Shown here: one piece after another, positions 29,301 through 38,300 of the stretch
Numbering within the stretch: the first letter of the stretch is position 1
Layout of the letters: each line of letters starts with the position of its first letter
Assembly (NCBI GenBank): GCA_035389045.1
Contig: DAOORA010000038.1
Span: 1-40,186 of the forward strand
DNA from: Bacteroidales bacterium
GTDB lineage: Bacteria; Bacteroidota; Bacteroidia; Bacteroidales; CAIWKO01
Direction: 5' to 3'
Length of the DNA stretch: 40,186 nt
Translations under genes and position numbers: made by a program
Notes under the pieces: model-generated
What the model was told of the DNA's origin: nothing
Databases searched by the model: none
The model's input: the letters and a program-made list of their open reading frames with translations, nothing else

Positions 29301-30032
29301 GTGCCTGTCGGAAACAATATGTCACTGCGCTGCGGCACCACTAACCCCAATATGATCAGAAATTCCGGTGGTATCACTTTTCCGTATGATATCGGCGGCA
29401 AAATATCCATTACGGGATCCAATGCCACCACCGCTACCCGATACTATTATTTCTATGATTGGGAAATTACCGGCGAAACCTGCGTGAGTTCACGGGCGCC
29501 GGTTACCGCATATATTAATACCGCCGCACCTTCGGCTGACTTTTCTTTTACGGTAAATAACAGCACTGTTGATTTTACAGACCTGTCAACCAATGCCACC
29601 ACATATTCCTGGGATTTCGGTGACGGTAACACCAGCATTCTGGCCAACCCGACACATACTTATGCCGCCTCGGGGTCCTATACCGTTCAGCTTACTGTTA
29701 ATAATGGTTGCGGGACAAACACCGTCAGCAAAAATGTGGTGATAAATGCCACTGCGGTCATTGAAGAATCTTCAATCGAAAATGTGAACATCTTTCCCAA
29801 CCCGGCTTCTGCTCATACCGTCTTTTTTTCATTTGAATATCTTTATGAGCCGGTCACTATCACTATTTTTGATATTCTCGGCAACAGCATCGACAAAATC
29901 GAACACATAAATCATAGCAACGATCCCGTCACCATCACATACGATATTGATCATCTTCAATCGGGAATGTATTTTGTCGTGTTCAATAACAAGAACAAAA
30001 ACCTGATAAAAAAACTGGCCATAAATAAATAG
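26304..30032 (+). CDS. C25 cysteine peptidase, Arg-gingipain (Rgp)-like, with PKD/Ig domains, T9SS cargo
   Basis: Propeptide APSKGNLTRD; YTGHGS, VACVNG, STINQSW.PPM.GQDEM, DTWTIFGDPSL; two W.FGDG PKD motifs; CTD (FPNP...SGMY...KKLAINK). Confidence 0.92.
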   Translation: MKKLFALWILIHLCSYSFAQNWVNINSATPVAAKVSLTSADIVNSSFNVDIKGYFSHDITTPHGQKTILSLDNTTPILEAGAPDLPKVTTSLIIPDDSNMEVEVTYSNYTEYQNIHIAPSKGNLTRDINPATIPYTYGPVYSQNQFFPGTLAALKEPYILRDFRGQTVIIYPFQYNPVTKTLRVYHNIGVSLHTAPGTAINPFIRTQPLSKIEKEFSSIYNSHFLNYHNNHKYTPLDEHGNMLIICADAYMNAMQPFVDWKNDEGIPTVMVSKTTAGATASAIKTYVTNYYNANGLTFLLLVGDAAQVPTFTVSGGGSDPSYGYISGNDHYQEFFVGRFSAETIEHVTTQVNRTVRYEKTPSVTPGKFNHAVNIGSDQRPGDDNEYDYQHQRNLGALMMGFTYTSRAELFDGSQSGLDASGDPSAAMLSTEVNNGAGIITYTGHGSNTAFSTTGFSNTNVNALTNTTLWPFIWSVACVNGNFVSTTCLAEAWLRATSGGQPSGAIATLMSTINQSWDPPMEGQDEMVDILTENAGTNIKRTFGGLSVNGIFKMNDTYSDYNMTDTWTIFGDPSLMVRTDDPKSMTVSHTSSVLIGETSLLVNCNVNNAFVCLTVNHQIIGTGTINGGSANITFPSLASSDSILVTVTAFNYIPYQGKVAVIEQLLTNNAQAYSIMSPAQNYNCTGLTAQPRMVIRNMGANNLTSLNTTFIFDGSPSYVTWSGNLPSFGTDTITFPGITLSSGLHNIIAYISQPNGNADVYTSNDTLKKTVTVNNLPVTSSFVADKVNSCTAPLTVQFTNNSANAVSYLWNFGDGTTSTDPNPTHQYTTLGVYDVTLTADAGECGSAVNTETEYIVLGAIPPVLSDTSSCGPGSFVLTAGGTGIKNWYDAASGGTLLYTGNTYSTPVLNTTTTYYVEQTMLPPLEYGGKFDTTGGSSLHTNNSYWLVFNCTAPVTLKSVKVYAGAAGNRIIQLRNSAGTILQADTINVPAGESRITLNFNVPVGNNMSLRCGTTNPNMIRNSGGITFPYDIGGKISITGSNATTATRYYYFYDWEITGETCVSSRAPVTAYINTAAPSADFSFTVNNSTVDFTDLSTNATTYSWDFGDGNTSILANPTHTYAASGSYTVQLTVNNGCGTNTVSKNVVINATAVIEESSIENVNIFPNPASAHTVFFSFEYLYEPVTITIFDILGNSIDKIEHINHSNDPVTITYDIDHLQSGMYFVVFNNKNKNLIKKLAINK

Positions 30033-30058
30033 GCACTCAAAAACAGATCTGATAAACA

Positions 30059-30098
30059 AAGAACGAGGCTGTCTGAATTTTAAGACAGCCTCGTTCTT
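30059..30098. terminator. Bidirectional hairpin between convergent genes
   Basis: AAGAACGAGGCTGTCT(30059-74)/AGACAGCCTCGTTCTT(30083-98) perfect 16-bp IR. Confidence 0.85.
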
Positions 30099-30122
30099 CT
30101 ATGCAATGTTAAAAAGTTGACA

Positions 30123-31562
30123 CTAATTCAGCTTAACTCCAAAAGTAAACACAACATTATGCGAAGCCAAAGAATTATTTACAGGGGAAGGTACCAGACT
30201 GTATAAATATATTTTCTCTTTCCACATCGAATAAATGTATGCTATATCAAAGAAATATTTATTAAACCTCAAACCGACACCTCCGCTAAATGAATGTCTT
30301 GTCCCGTCATTAATTTCTTTTGATGCATAAGGATTTGAACTAAAAGTATAGCCGCCCCTGAAACTCGCGATATCGTATTTTATTTCAAATCCAGCCCTCA
30401 CATTTGACTGGTAGGTGTACAGATTGTTTATGGCTTTGTTTTCTTCACTGAAACGATAGGTAGATGATCTTAAACGGGCATTTCTGTAATCCACAAATTC
30501 ATATTCCCCTGAAATAAGCGCAAATTTCTTTATAACAAAGGCCACACCGCCATTCACCCTGAACGGAGTGTTAAGCTGATAATCAAAAACGCCCTTGGGT
30601 GATTCAGAAGAATACCTTGTCCCATCATCATAATTTGCTTCAATATCAGAGTTCCACCTGTCTTTCATCGAGTAAAACGATGGTGTATGAATGGAAGCAC
30701 CGATGCGTACCCAATCCGTGATTTTATAAATGATGCCAAACTTAAAGTTAAATCCGCTCCCCTGTGTTTCAAGGTAATTATGGTACTCCATTTTCTTAAA
30801 ATCTGCAAGAGTATCACCTTCATCCGTTTCTTCATAAATAGAGTTTTCAGTATACCTGACAAACGGGAATCCAACAGTCCCACCGATATAAAGTTTGTCA
30901 TTGAGGTTACCGCCAACGGTCAGCACCATTTCATTGCCCGATCCCGACGCCATAACACTCTTGCTCTGAAGCACACCGCCCTGGAGTACGGGACTTATAT
31001 AATTGGTCAATCCGCCTGAAGTGTCAATTAAATAGGTATTAAAGGCGAGTTTAGTATCAAATTCTCCAAGTTCCTGTGGCTGAATGCCCTGTGCTTTGTC
31101 GAGAAAATCATCCATTATTGAATTGGTTGAGTTAGCGCCTTCATAAAAGCCATTATAGCTATAATTATTTAAACGATTGAATCCGAATCCTATCTGTATC
31201 CCTTTACATACTGATTCTTTCTTGGGTGTAAATGCCAGCACCACGCCGGCATTATTCAGGTTAAATTTATATTTCAGATCATCGGTCGAATTATTATTGT
31301 ATTTCGATTTTACGTTCACAAAATAATTTGACGGAGTCAGGGTTAATTCTTTTCCGCTGTATATTCCAATACCTGCAGGATTGAGGCTCAGGGAAGAAAA
31401 ATCCCCGCCAAGAACGCCAAAAGCGCTACCCATGGCTAATGACCTGGCCGTCCCCCCGTAATTAATCTGTGAATACCTGAGTGCATCTACTTCATTTTGT
31501 GCGACAACTTCCCCGCTTATCATGATCACCAGAAATCCGGTGATTAAAAAAATCTTTTTCAT
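30123..31562 (-). CDS. OmpP1/FadL-family outer-membrane beta-barrel
   Basis: Signal peptide; DALRYS...GTARSLAMG.AF..LGGD.S....NPAGIG; C-terminal beta strand. Confidence 0.8.
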   Translation of the reverse strand: MKKIFLITGFLVIMISGEVVAQNEVDALRYSQINYGGTARSLAMGSAFGVLGGDFSSLSLNPAGIGIYSGKELTLTPSNYFVNVKSKYNNNSTDDLKYKFNLNNAGVVLAFTPKKESVCKGIQIGFGFNRLNNYSYNGFYEGANSTNSIMDDFLDKAQGIQPQELGEFDTKLAFNTYLIDTSGGLTNYISPVLQGGVLQSKSVMASGSGNEMVLTVGGNLNDKLYIGGTVGFPFVRYTENSIYEETDEGDTLADFKKMEYHNYLETQGSGFNFKFGIIYKITDWVRIGASIHTPSFYSMKDRWNSDIEANYDDGTRYSSESPKGVFDYQLNTPFRVNGGVAFVIKKFALISGEYEFVDYRNARLRSSTYRFSEENKAINNLYTYQSNVRAGFEIKYDIASFRGGYTFSSNPYASKEINDGTRHSFSGGVGLRFNKYFFDIAYIYSMWKEKIYLYSLVPSPVNNSLASHNVVFTFGVKLN

Positions 31563-31602
31563 GGTTATAAATGGTTTTATTTATCTTTATTAACAGTCTG
31601 AA

Positions 31603-33504
31603 TTATCGTTTCCCTGTATTTGAACGTGAAGATCCCGAACCGGACGAAGAACCCGAGCTGCTGTTAGATCTGGACGGAGAGCTATAACTACCGCTGTTTC
31701 CCGAATTGGAAGGTGATGAATAATTACTCCTGCTGCCAGAATTTGAAGGCGTTGAACTGCTCTTGCTACCCGAATTCGAAGGCGTTGAATAGCTTGGTTT
31801 GCTTTCTATATTCGATGGTGCTGAATAGTTGGAATTGTTGTTGCTGTTAGAGGGTTTTGTATAATAATTTCCTGAATTTGAAGGTTTGTCATAGCTCGAA
31901 TTATTATTCTGAGGTGTTTTATTATAGTTGTTGATATTCGAATTGCTGGAATTGTTATTACCCGGTTGTTTGTTATAGTCAGGAGGGTTGTATGTTTTGG
32001 GAGCGGTATACTGTTGTTGAGGTTTGGACTGATTATTATAATTCGGGTTGTTATAAGGTTTTACATTATAGTTTTGTTTCGAACTATTATCCTGTATAGG
32101 TTTTTGATAATTGTCGGAGGGAACAACCGTATTGCCTGTGTTTGTATTAGGTTTGACGTAGCTATTGTTATTTGGCTTGGAGTAGTTGTTGATGTTCGAA
32201 TTGGGTTTCACAGTATTGGTGTTCTCCGGTTTTGAATAGTTGTTGATATTCGTATTGGGTTTCACAATATTGGTATTTTCAGGTTTTGAATAGTTGTTGA
32301 TATTCGAATTAGGCTTTATGATATTGGTGTTTTCAGGTTTTGAATAGTTGTTGATATTCGAATTGGGTTTCACAATATTGGTATTTTCAGGTTTTGTATA
32401 GTTGTTGGTGTTTGAATTAGGTTTCACAACGCCGGAACCGGTATTTATGTTATTATTTTCTTTTCCGCTAAAATTGCTGTTGTTTATAAGGGAGCCGTTG
32501 CTGGAAGGTTTCTCTGTTTTACCGATTTGTTCTTTGATAGTATTTGCGGCATTAATGCCTGTGTTGGGCTTTGTATAATTCTCTTTACCTGAATTACTCA
32601 AATTGTTAATGGCTGCAGGATTAATGAAACCTGTTGAATTAACGTCAGCAATTTGGTTTTGTATATATTTATCGCCAAAGGTCAGGTTCGTCCTTGATAT
32701 GGTGTTGGTTGAGCCAACCAGTTCATCCCTGTGGCCGTAATAGTATGAATTGTTATCCCAGCTGTTAAAATAATAGTCCGGTGTATATCCCCAATAGCCA
32801 TCATTGTATCCATTCCAGTAGCCGTCCCAGTAACCATTGTTATAACCGCTCCAGTAGCCATTCCCGTACCCCCAGCCATAATTCCAGCCATGATGGCCCC
32901 AGCCGTATCCACCGCCCCAGTAGCCATAATTTCCCCATCCGCAACCATGCCAGCATGAATTATACCAGGGACGATAATAATAAGAAGGCCACCACCAGTT
33001 ATATCCGGTATAAATGCTCACCCCCCAGAAAAAGGGATCATAATTGTACCAATAATAATTTGTATAATAATTATCATAATATCCCCAGCCCGGATTGTAG
33101 TCATAAAACCTTCTTATGCGCGAGGAATATTCGTAATCATAATAATCATCATAATAATAATTATTAGTTACGTAAGTATTTCCGTCTCCATCAGCATAGG
33201 TTTCCGAATTGGAATAATCCGGATTCTGTGAGGTATAATTATCAATATTATTATTGCCCTCATAGCTTCTGTTTTCTGCTGAAACATTTCCCTGATCGTT
33301 GTTGGCACCATTTGTCGAAATATCGGATGTGTTAGGCGCGACAGTCCTTGCGGGCATATCCTTGTCAGCAGCAGCGACAACGGCAGTGGCTGGTTTGGCC
33401 CCATATACATCATCATTCCCATTATTCGACTGATAGGTGGTCTTGCACGAAACAAAGAACGCTGCCATCGCAAAGAAAAAGATTATTTTAACAAGTGTTT
33501 TCAT
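31603..33504 (-). CDS. Low-complexity lipoprotein (Y/W/G-rich core, N/S/P-rich tail)
   Basis: Lipobox FVSC; DDVY; YSSRIRRF; GYWxGYxxGY repeats; divergent from proS. Confidence 0.75.
   Translation of the reverse strand: MKTLVKIIFFFAMAAFFVSCKTTYQSNNGNDDVYGAKPATAVVAAADKDMPARTVAPNTSDISTNGANNDQGNVSAENRSYEGNNNIDNYTSQNPDYSNSETYADGDGNTYVTNNYYYDDYYDYEYSSRIRRFYDYNPGWGYYDNYYTNYYWYNYDPFFWGVSIYTGYNWWWPSYYYRPWYNSCWHGCGWGNYGYWGGGYGWGHHGWNYGWGYGNGYWSGYNNGYWDGYWNGYNDGYWGYTPDYYFNSWDNNSYYYGHRDELVGSTNTISRTNLTFGDKYIQNQIADVNSTGFINPAAINNLSNSGKENYTKPNTGINAANTIKEQIGKTEKPSSNGSLINNSNFSGKENNNINTGSGVVKPNSNTNNYTKPENTNIVKPNSNINNYSKPENTNIIKPNSNINNYSKPENTNIVKPNTNINNYSKPENTNTVKPNSNINNYSKPNNNSYVKPNTNTGNTVVPSDNYQKPIQDNSSKQNYNVKPYNNPNYNNQSKPQQQYTAPKTYNPPDYNKQPGNNNSSNSNINNYNKTPQNNNSSYDKPSNSGNYYTKPSNSNNNSNYSAPSNIESKPSYSTPSNSGSKSSSTPSNSGSRSNYSSPSNSGNSGSYSSPSRSNSSSGSSSGSGSSRSNTGKR
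32183..32429 (-). repeat. In-frame 54-bp tandem repeat, about 4.5 copies
   Basis: TAGTTGTTG recurs at 32183, 32237, 32291, 32345, 32399; encodes KPENTNIVKPNSNINNYS-like units. Confidence 0.92.
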
Positions 33505-33604
33505 GGTTTAACCTCCAATTTTTTTGTTTATTATGTTTACTTTTTTTTTAGTTTTGTCAACTTATTCTATGTAGTTTTTTACAAATTTTATACCACTTTT
33601 CATT

Positions 33605-35080
33605 ATGGCTAAAGATTTTATCACAAAAGAAGAGAATTATTCGCAATGGTATAACGATCTGGTCATAAAAGCCGATCTTGCCGAGAACTCTGTGGTAAGG
33701 GGATGCATGATCATTAAACCTTACGGATATGCAATCTGGGAAAAGGTACAGGCGGCGCTGGATAGTATGTTTAAAGAGACAGGACATTATAATATGTATT
33801 TTCCAATATTCATTCCAAAGTCATTTTTCAGCAAAGAAGCCAGCCATGTAGAAGGTTTTGCCAAGGAATGTGCTGTGGTGACCCATTACCGTCTTAAAAA
33901 CGCCCCCGATGGTAAAGGTGTAGTAGTAGATGAGGATTCAAAGCTGGAGGAAGAGCTTATTATCAGGCCCACTTCAGAAACAATCATCTGGGATGCTTAC
34001 CGCAACTGGATTAAATCATACAGGGATTTGCCCATCCTTGCCAATCAGTGGGCCAATGTTGTTCGCTGGGAAATGAGGACCAGGCTCTTTTTACGTACGA
34101 CAGAATTTTTATGGCAGGAAGGCCACACTGCCCATGCCACTGAAGAAGAAGCTGTTGCAGAAGCGGAAAAAATGCTCAACGTATATGCCAATTTTGCCCA
34201 GGACTGGATGGCCATGCCTGTAATAAAAGGGGTAAAAACAGCTAATGAACGGTTTGCAGGGGCGATAGAGACCTATTGTGTTGAAGCATTAATGCATGAT
34301 GGTAAAGCACTGCAGGCGGGGACATCGCATTTACTGGGACAGAATTTTGCCAAAGCTTTTGATGTGAAATTTTTAAATAAAGAAAACAAACTGGAATATG
34401 TCTGGGCCACATCATGGGGTGTTTCAACAAGGCTGATGGGCGCTCTTGTAATGACACATTCCGATAATAACGGTCTCGTGCTGCCTCCGAAACTAGCACC
34501 TATTCAGGTTGCCATAGTTCCTATTTTCAAAACACAGGAACAGCTTTCGCAGATAAGAGAAAAGGCGCTGAACATTAAAAAAGCCCTTGAAAAGAAAGGT
34601 ATTTCCGTTAAATTTGATGACCGGGACACCCTGACACCCGGCTGGAAGTTTTCTGAATATGAATTTAAAGGGGTTCCTGTGCGTTTGGCCATAGGCCCGA
34701 GAGATCTGGAAAATGAAACGGTGGAGGTTGCCCGTCGTGACACATTGGAAAAATCTACTTTTCAGCTCACTGATATCGACAGCAAAATAGCCAACCTGCT
34801 GGAACAAATTCAAAAGAACCTTTTTCAGAAGGCACAGACATTCACCGATGATAATACCTACCATGTTAACAGCTGGGAAGAGTTTAACGATGTCCTTGAA
34901 AATAAAGGCGGGTTTATATATGCCCACTGGGACGGAACAGCAGAAACGGAACAAATGATCAAGGAAGAAACCAAAGCTACTATAAGGTGTATTCCATTGG
35001 ACAACCCTAAAGAACCAGGAAAATGTATTTTTACGGGAAATCCCTCCGGGCAGAAAGTTATTTTTGCAAGGGCATACTAA
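33605..35080 (+). CDS. proS: Proline--tRNA ligase (archaeal/eukaryotic-like type)
   Basis: [42 protein letters not shown]-terminal FARAY. Confidence 0.97.
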   Translation: MAKDFITKEENYSQWYNDLVIKADLAENSVVRGCMIIKPYGYAIWEKVQAALDSMFKETGHYNMYFPIFIPKSFFSKEASHVEGFAKECAVVTHYRLKNAPDGKGVVVDEDSKLEEELIIRPTSETIIWDAYRNWIKSYRDLPILANQWANVVRWEMRTRLFLRTTEFLWQEGHTAHATEEEAVAEAEKMLNVYANFAQDWMAMPVIKGVKTANERFAGAIETYCVEALMHDGKALQAGTSHLLGQNFAKAFDVKFLNKENKLEYVWATSWGVSTRLMGALVMTHSDNNGLVLPPKLAPIQVAIVPIFKTQEQLSQIREKALNIKKALEKKGISVKFDDRDTLTPGWKFSEYEFKGVPVRLAIGPRDLENETVEVARRDTLEKSTFQLTDIDSKIANLLEQIQKNLFQKAQTFTDDNTYHVNSWEEFNDVLENKGGFIYAHWDGTAETEQMIKEETKATIRCIPLDNPKEPGKCIFTGNPSGQKVIFARAY

Positions 35081-35132
35081 CATTTGAAGATTTTTATTAT
35101 ATTTGCTTAATTAATTTATAAATTTAAATATC

Positions 35133-35567
35133 ATGGCAGGAGTAAACAGAGTAATACTTGTCGGGCATCTTGGCAAAGACCCTGAAATCAGAACATTTGA
35201 AAGCACGTATGATCCGAACAAACCTAATAAAGTTGCAAAATTTTCATTAGCGACAACTGAATCGTACAAAAACAAAGACGGGCAGAGAACCGATGTAACA
35301 GAATGGCATAATATTGTTGTCCGAAGGGGTTTGGCTGACGTTGCAGAAAAGTATTTACGAAAAGGACAATTGGTGTATATTGAAGGAAAAATTAAAACCA
35401 GGAGTTATGATAAAGACGGACAGACAAGGTATATCACTGAGATAGAAGCCGAAAATATGACCATGCTCGGCGGTAAAAAAGAAGCAACCGATGTTTCGCC
35501 GGATAATATCCCTGATTCAGCAGAAACCCCGCAGATACCTGCCGGAGATGATGACCTGCCTTTCTAA
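35133..35567 (+). CDS. ssb: Single-stranded DNA-binding protein
   Basis: VNRVILVG.LGKDPE, TEWHN, DDDLPF tail; TATATTTG at 35098-105. Confidence 0.97.
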   Translation: MAGVNRVILVGHLGKDPEIRTFESTYDPNKPNKVAKFSLATTESYKNKDGQRTDVTEWHNIVVRRGLADVAEKYLRKGQLVYIEGKIKTRSYDKDGQTRYITEIEAENMTMLGGKKEATDVSPDNIPDSAETPQIPAGDDDLPF

Positions 35568-35592
35568 AAACTTCTAATCACTAAAATCCGCA

Positions 35593-36942
35593 ATGGATTT
35601 GCTTAATATTATTTCCTTTTTATTGCTGGGCTTTTTACTAAAGCCAGTGACCGCAGGTGTTGTTACCGGTTTTGTATTTGTTTTTCTGTTATTGATATGC
35701 AGCGCTCTTATTTCGGGTTCTGAAATGTCATTCTTTTCGCTGGACCCTAAAAAACTTGATGAGCTGAAAAGCAGGAAAAAGCATAAACATCAGCTTGTAT
35801 TACAGCTGATACAACAGCCTCAAAAACTACTTGCAACAATATTGATTTCAAACAATTTTATCAATGTCACCATTGTTATAATCTCTACTTACATCACAAT
35901 AAATCTTTTCGACCTGAGCGGGCATTATATCCTGAGTTTTCTGCTGGAATTCGTTATTGTTACGGCCCTGATCCTTCTCTTTGGCGAAATGCTGCCCAAG
36001 ATTTATGCAAGCCAGAATCCCGTTGCTTTTGCAAAATTCATGGCCAATCCCATGAAATTCCTGATAAATGTTTTTCATCCGCTCAGCTATATAATGGTAA
36101 GGTCAACAGGCATTATAGAAAAGAAACTTGCCAGAAAAAAGCAGGTAATCTCTTTGGATGATCTTTCCGACGCCATTGAAATCACTTCGGACGACAAAAC
36201 CCAGCAGCAGGAACGAAAAATTCTCAGGGGCATAGTCAAATTCAGCGACATTGAGGCAAGGGAAGTGATGAAACCCCGTATTGATGTGGTGGCTGTTGAG
36301 TATCATATTAAATTCGGGCAATTGATAAAGTTTATACAAGATGCGGGATTTTCAAGAATTCCTGTTTATCAAAAGACCTTTGACCAAATAATCGGTATTC
36401 TTTATATCAAAGACCTTCTTCCATTCATACATATGGATGATTCCTTTGAATGGCAGACCCTTATACGTCCTCCTTTCTATGTTCCTGAAAACAAAAAAAT
36501 AAATGATCTGCTCAATGAATTCAAAGAAAAAAAAATTCATATGGCGGTTGTGGTTGATGAGTACGGCGGAACGTCAGGCATAGTTACCCTGGAAGATGTA
36601 ATTGAAGAAATTGTTGGCGAAATCAGTGATGAATATGATGAAGATTCGGAAGATGTGAACTTTTCAAAAATTGACAATAATAATTACATCTTTGACGGAA
36701 AAACCTCACTGAATGATTTGGCAAAAAAAATAAATTTCAGCGATGAATTTTTTAATGATGTAAAAGGAGAATCAGAATCTGTTGCGGGTTTGATACTTGA
36801 AATTACAGGAAAGATCCCTCAGAAGAACGAAACCATTCAAATAAAAGACCTGATTTTTACTATATTGTCCTCCGATATCCGTCGTATCAAAAAAGTAAAA
36901 GTTACCATCAAAAACTTAAATGAAGAAGATCATGAAGAATAA
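35593..36942 (+). CDS. gldE: GldE-like CNNM/CBS/CorC-HlyC membrane protein
   Basis: SALISGSE..FFSL, FGEMLPK, FSRIPVY, VVDEYGGTSG; ssb-gldE-gldD order. Confidence 0.85.
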   Translation: MDLLNIISFLLLGFLLKPVTAGVVTGFVFVFLLLICSALISGSEMSFFSLDPKKLDELKSRKKHKHQLVLQLIQQPQKLLATILISNNFINVTIVIISTYITINLFDLSGHYILSFLLEFVIVTALILLFGEMLPKIYASQNPVAFAKFMANPMKFLINVFHPLSYIMVRSTGIIEKKLARKKQVISLDDLSDAIEITSDDKTQQQERKILRGIVKFSDIEAREVMKPRIDVVAVEYHIKFGQLIKFIQDAGFSRIPVYQKTFDQIIGILYIKDLLPFIHMDDSFEWQTLIRPPFYVPENKKINDLLNEFKEKKIHMAVVVDEYGGTSGIVTLEDVIEEIVGEISDEYDEDSEDVNFSKIDNNNYIFDGKTSLNDLAKKINFSDEFFNDVKGESESVAGLILEITGKIPQKNETIQIKDLIFTILSSDIRRIKKVKVTIKNLNEEDHEE

Positions 36943-37531
36943 AACCCGTAGCTTAATATGCATGCTTTTTATTTTTATGATTTTTTCTTCCTGCAACAAC
37001 ACGGACTACATTCCCAAACCACGGGGCTATTTCAGGATTGCCCTTCCTGAAAAAAAGTACAAAACATTTGACACTATTTATCCCTATTGTTTTGAATATC
37101 CTGTTTATTCCACTATCCAACCTGATGAAGACTTGGGTGCTGAACCCTATTGGATCAATTTAGACTTTCCTTCTTTTAAAGGCAGCCTGCACATCAGTTA
37201 CAAAGCGGTTACCGGCGACAGCATCCTGTATCAGTATTTTGAAGATGCCCGTACTTTTGCCAACAAGCATATCGCCAAGGCCGATGCTATCGAACCAAGA
37301 GTGATCGTCAATGATAAAAACCAGGTGTATGGGCTGATCTATGATATCACTGGGTCGGGAGTTGCCTCAACCTATCAGTTTTGTGTAACCGACAGCGCTG
37401 CACATTTTTTAAGAGGCGCTTTATATTTTAATACTTTGCCGAATAATGATTCCCTCTCGCCTGTAATTGATTTTATAAAGACTGATGTTGATCATTTCAT
37501 TCAGACTCTTCACTGGAAAAAGAAGAGCTAA
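36932..37531 (+). CDS. gldD: Gliding motility lipoprotein GldD-like
   Basis: Lipobox FSSC; PKPRGYFRI; QF.VTDS..HFLRGALYF...PN.DSL.P; start 36932 or 36920. Confidence 0.88.
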   Translation: MKNKTRSLICMLFIFMIFSSCNNTDYIPKPRGYFRIALPEKKYKTFDTIYPYCFEYPVYSTIQPDEDLGAEPYWINLDFPSFKGSLHISYKAVTGDSILYQYFEDARTFANKHIAKADAIEPRVIVNDKNQVYGLIYDITGSGVASTYQFCVTDSAAHFLRGALYFNTLPNNDSLSPVIDFIKTDVDHFIQTLHWKKKS

Positions 37532-38298
37532 ACACAGAGAAAGTCCATCACCTTTTCGAGGAATGCCTTTGGTTGATCGGCATGTATCCAATGCCCTGCA
37601 TTTCCGATCATTTCAATTTTGGCTGAAGGAAAATATTGATAAATGATTTTTTCATCTTCCGGCCTGATCAAATGTGACAATTCTCCTTTCAGGAATAATG
37701 CCGGTTTAGAAAATGTTACTTCTTCAAAAACAGGGACCATTAATGATTCCAAATTTTCTTTGATCACCTCCAAATTCAATTTCCAGACATAATTACCCTG
37801 TTTGTTTTTAGCAATATTCTTCAACACCAACTGGCGATGCCGGTCATCTTTAACAGATGTTTTTAGACGATGATCTATCTCCGTATAAGACTTACAACCA
37901 GCCAAATCCAGACATATCATTGCTTTCAATAAGCTACCCATACTTTTGTTTCCTGAATATCTGCGCGGAGCGATATCTTCGACGATCAAACTGCTGAATA
38001 GCTCCGGATATTTCAGCGATGCGGAAATCGCCACGCGTCCACCAAGTGAATGACCGATAAGCACTGCAGAATCATAATTGAGCGTGTGATACAAATCAAT
38101 AATATCTTTAGCCAGCACCTCCATGTTGAAATCCTCACTGTGGGGTGAGTTGCCATGATTGCGAAGATCGGGTAAAATGACTTTGTATTTTTCGGATAAT
38201 TTTTTTGCTGCCGGAATAAAACTATCCGACATTCCAAGCAATCCGTGAATCATGATTACCGGATATCCGCTGCCATACTCCCTGTAAAAAAGTTCCAT
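37528..38298 (-). CDS. Alpha/beta hydrolase (YbfF-like esterase)
   Basis: HGLLG, DLRNHG.S, GHSLGG nucleophile, AGHWIHA. Confidence 0.9.
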   Translation of the reverse strand: MELFYREYGSGYPVIMIHGLLGMSDSFIPAAKKLSEKYKVILPDLRNHGNSPHSEDFNMEVLAKDIIDLYHTLNYDSAVLIGHSLGGRVAISASLKYPELFSSLIVEDIAPRRYSGNKSMGSLLKAMICLDLAGCKSYTEIDHRLKTSVKDDRHRQLVLKNIAKNKQGNYVWKLNLEVIKENLESLMVPVFEEVTFSKPALFLKGELSHLIRPEDEKIIYQYFPSAKIEMIGNAGHWIHADQPKAFLEKVMDFLCV

Positions 38299-38300
38299 GC

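Noticed and set aside
32183..32429. CRISPR array
   Set aside because: Contiguous in-frame 54-bp coding repeats without unique spacers; no cas genes
35593..37531. gldE/gldD as evidence of gliding motility
   Set aside because: These genes are widespread in Bacteroidota, and no motor or adhesin genes are in the window
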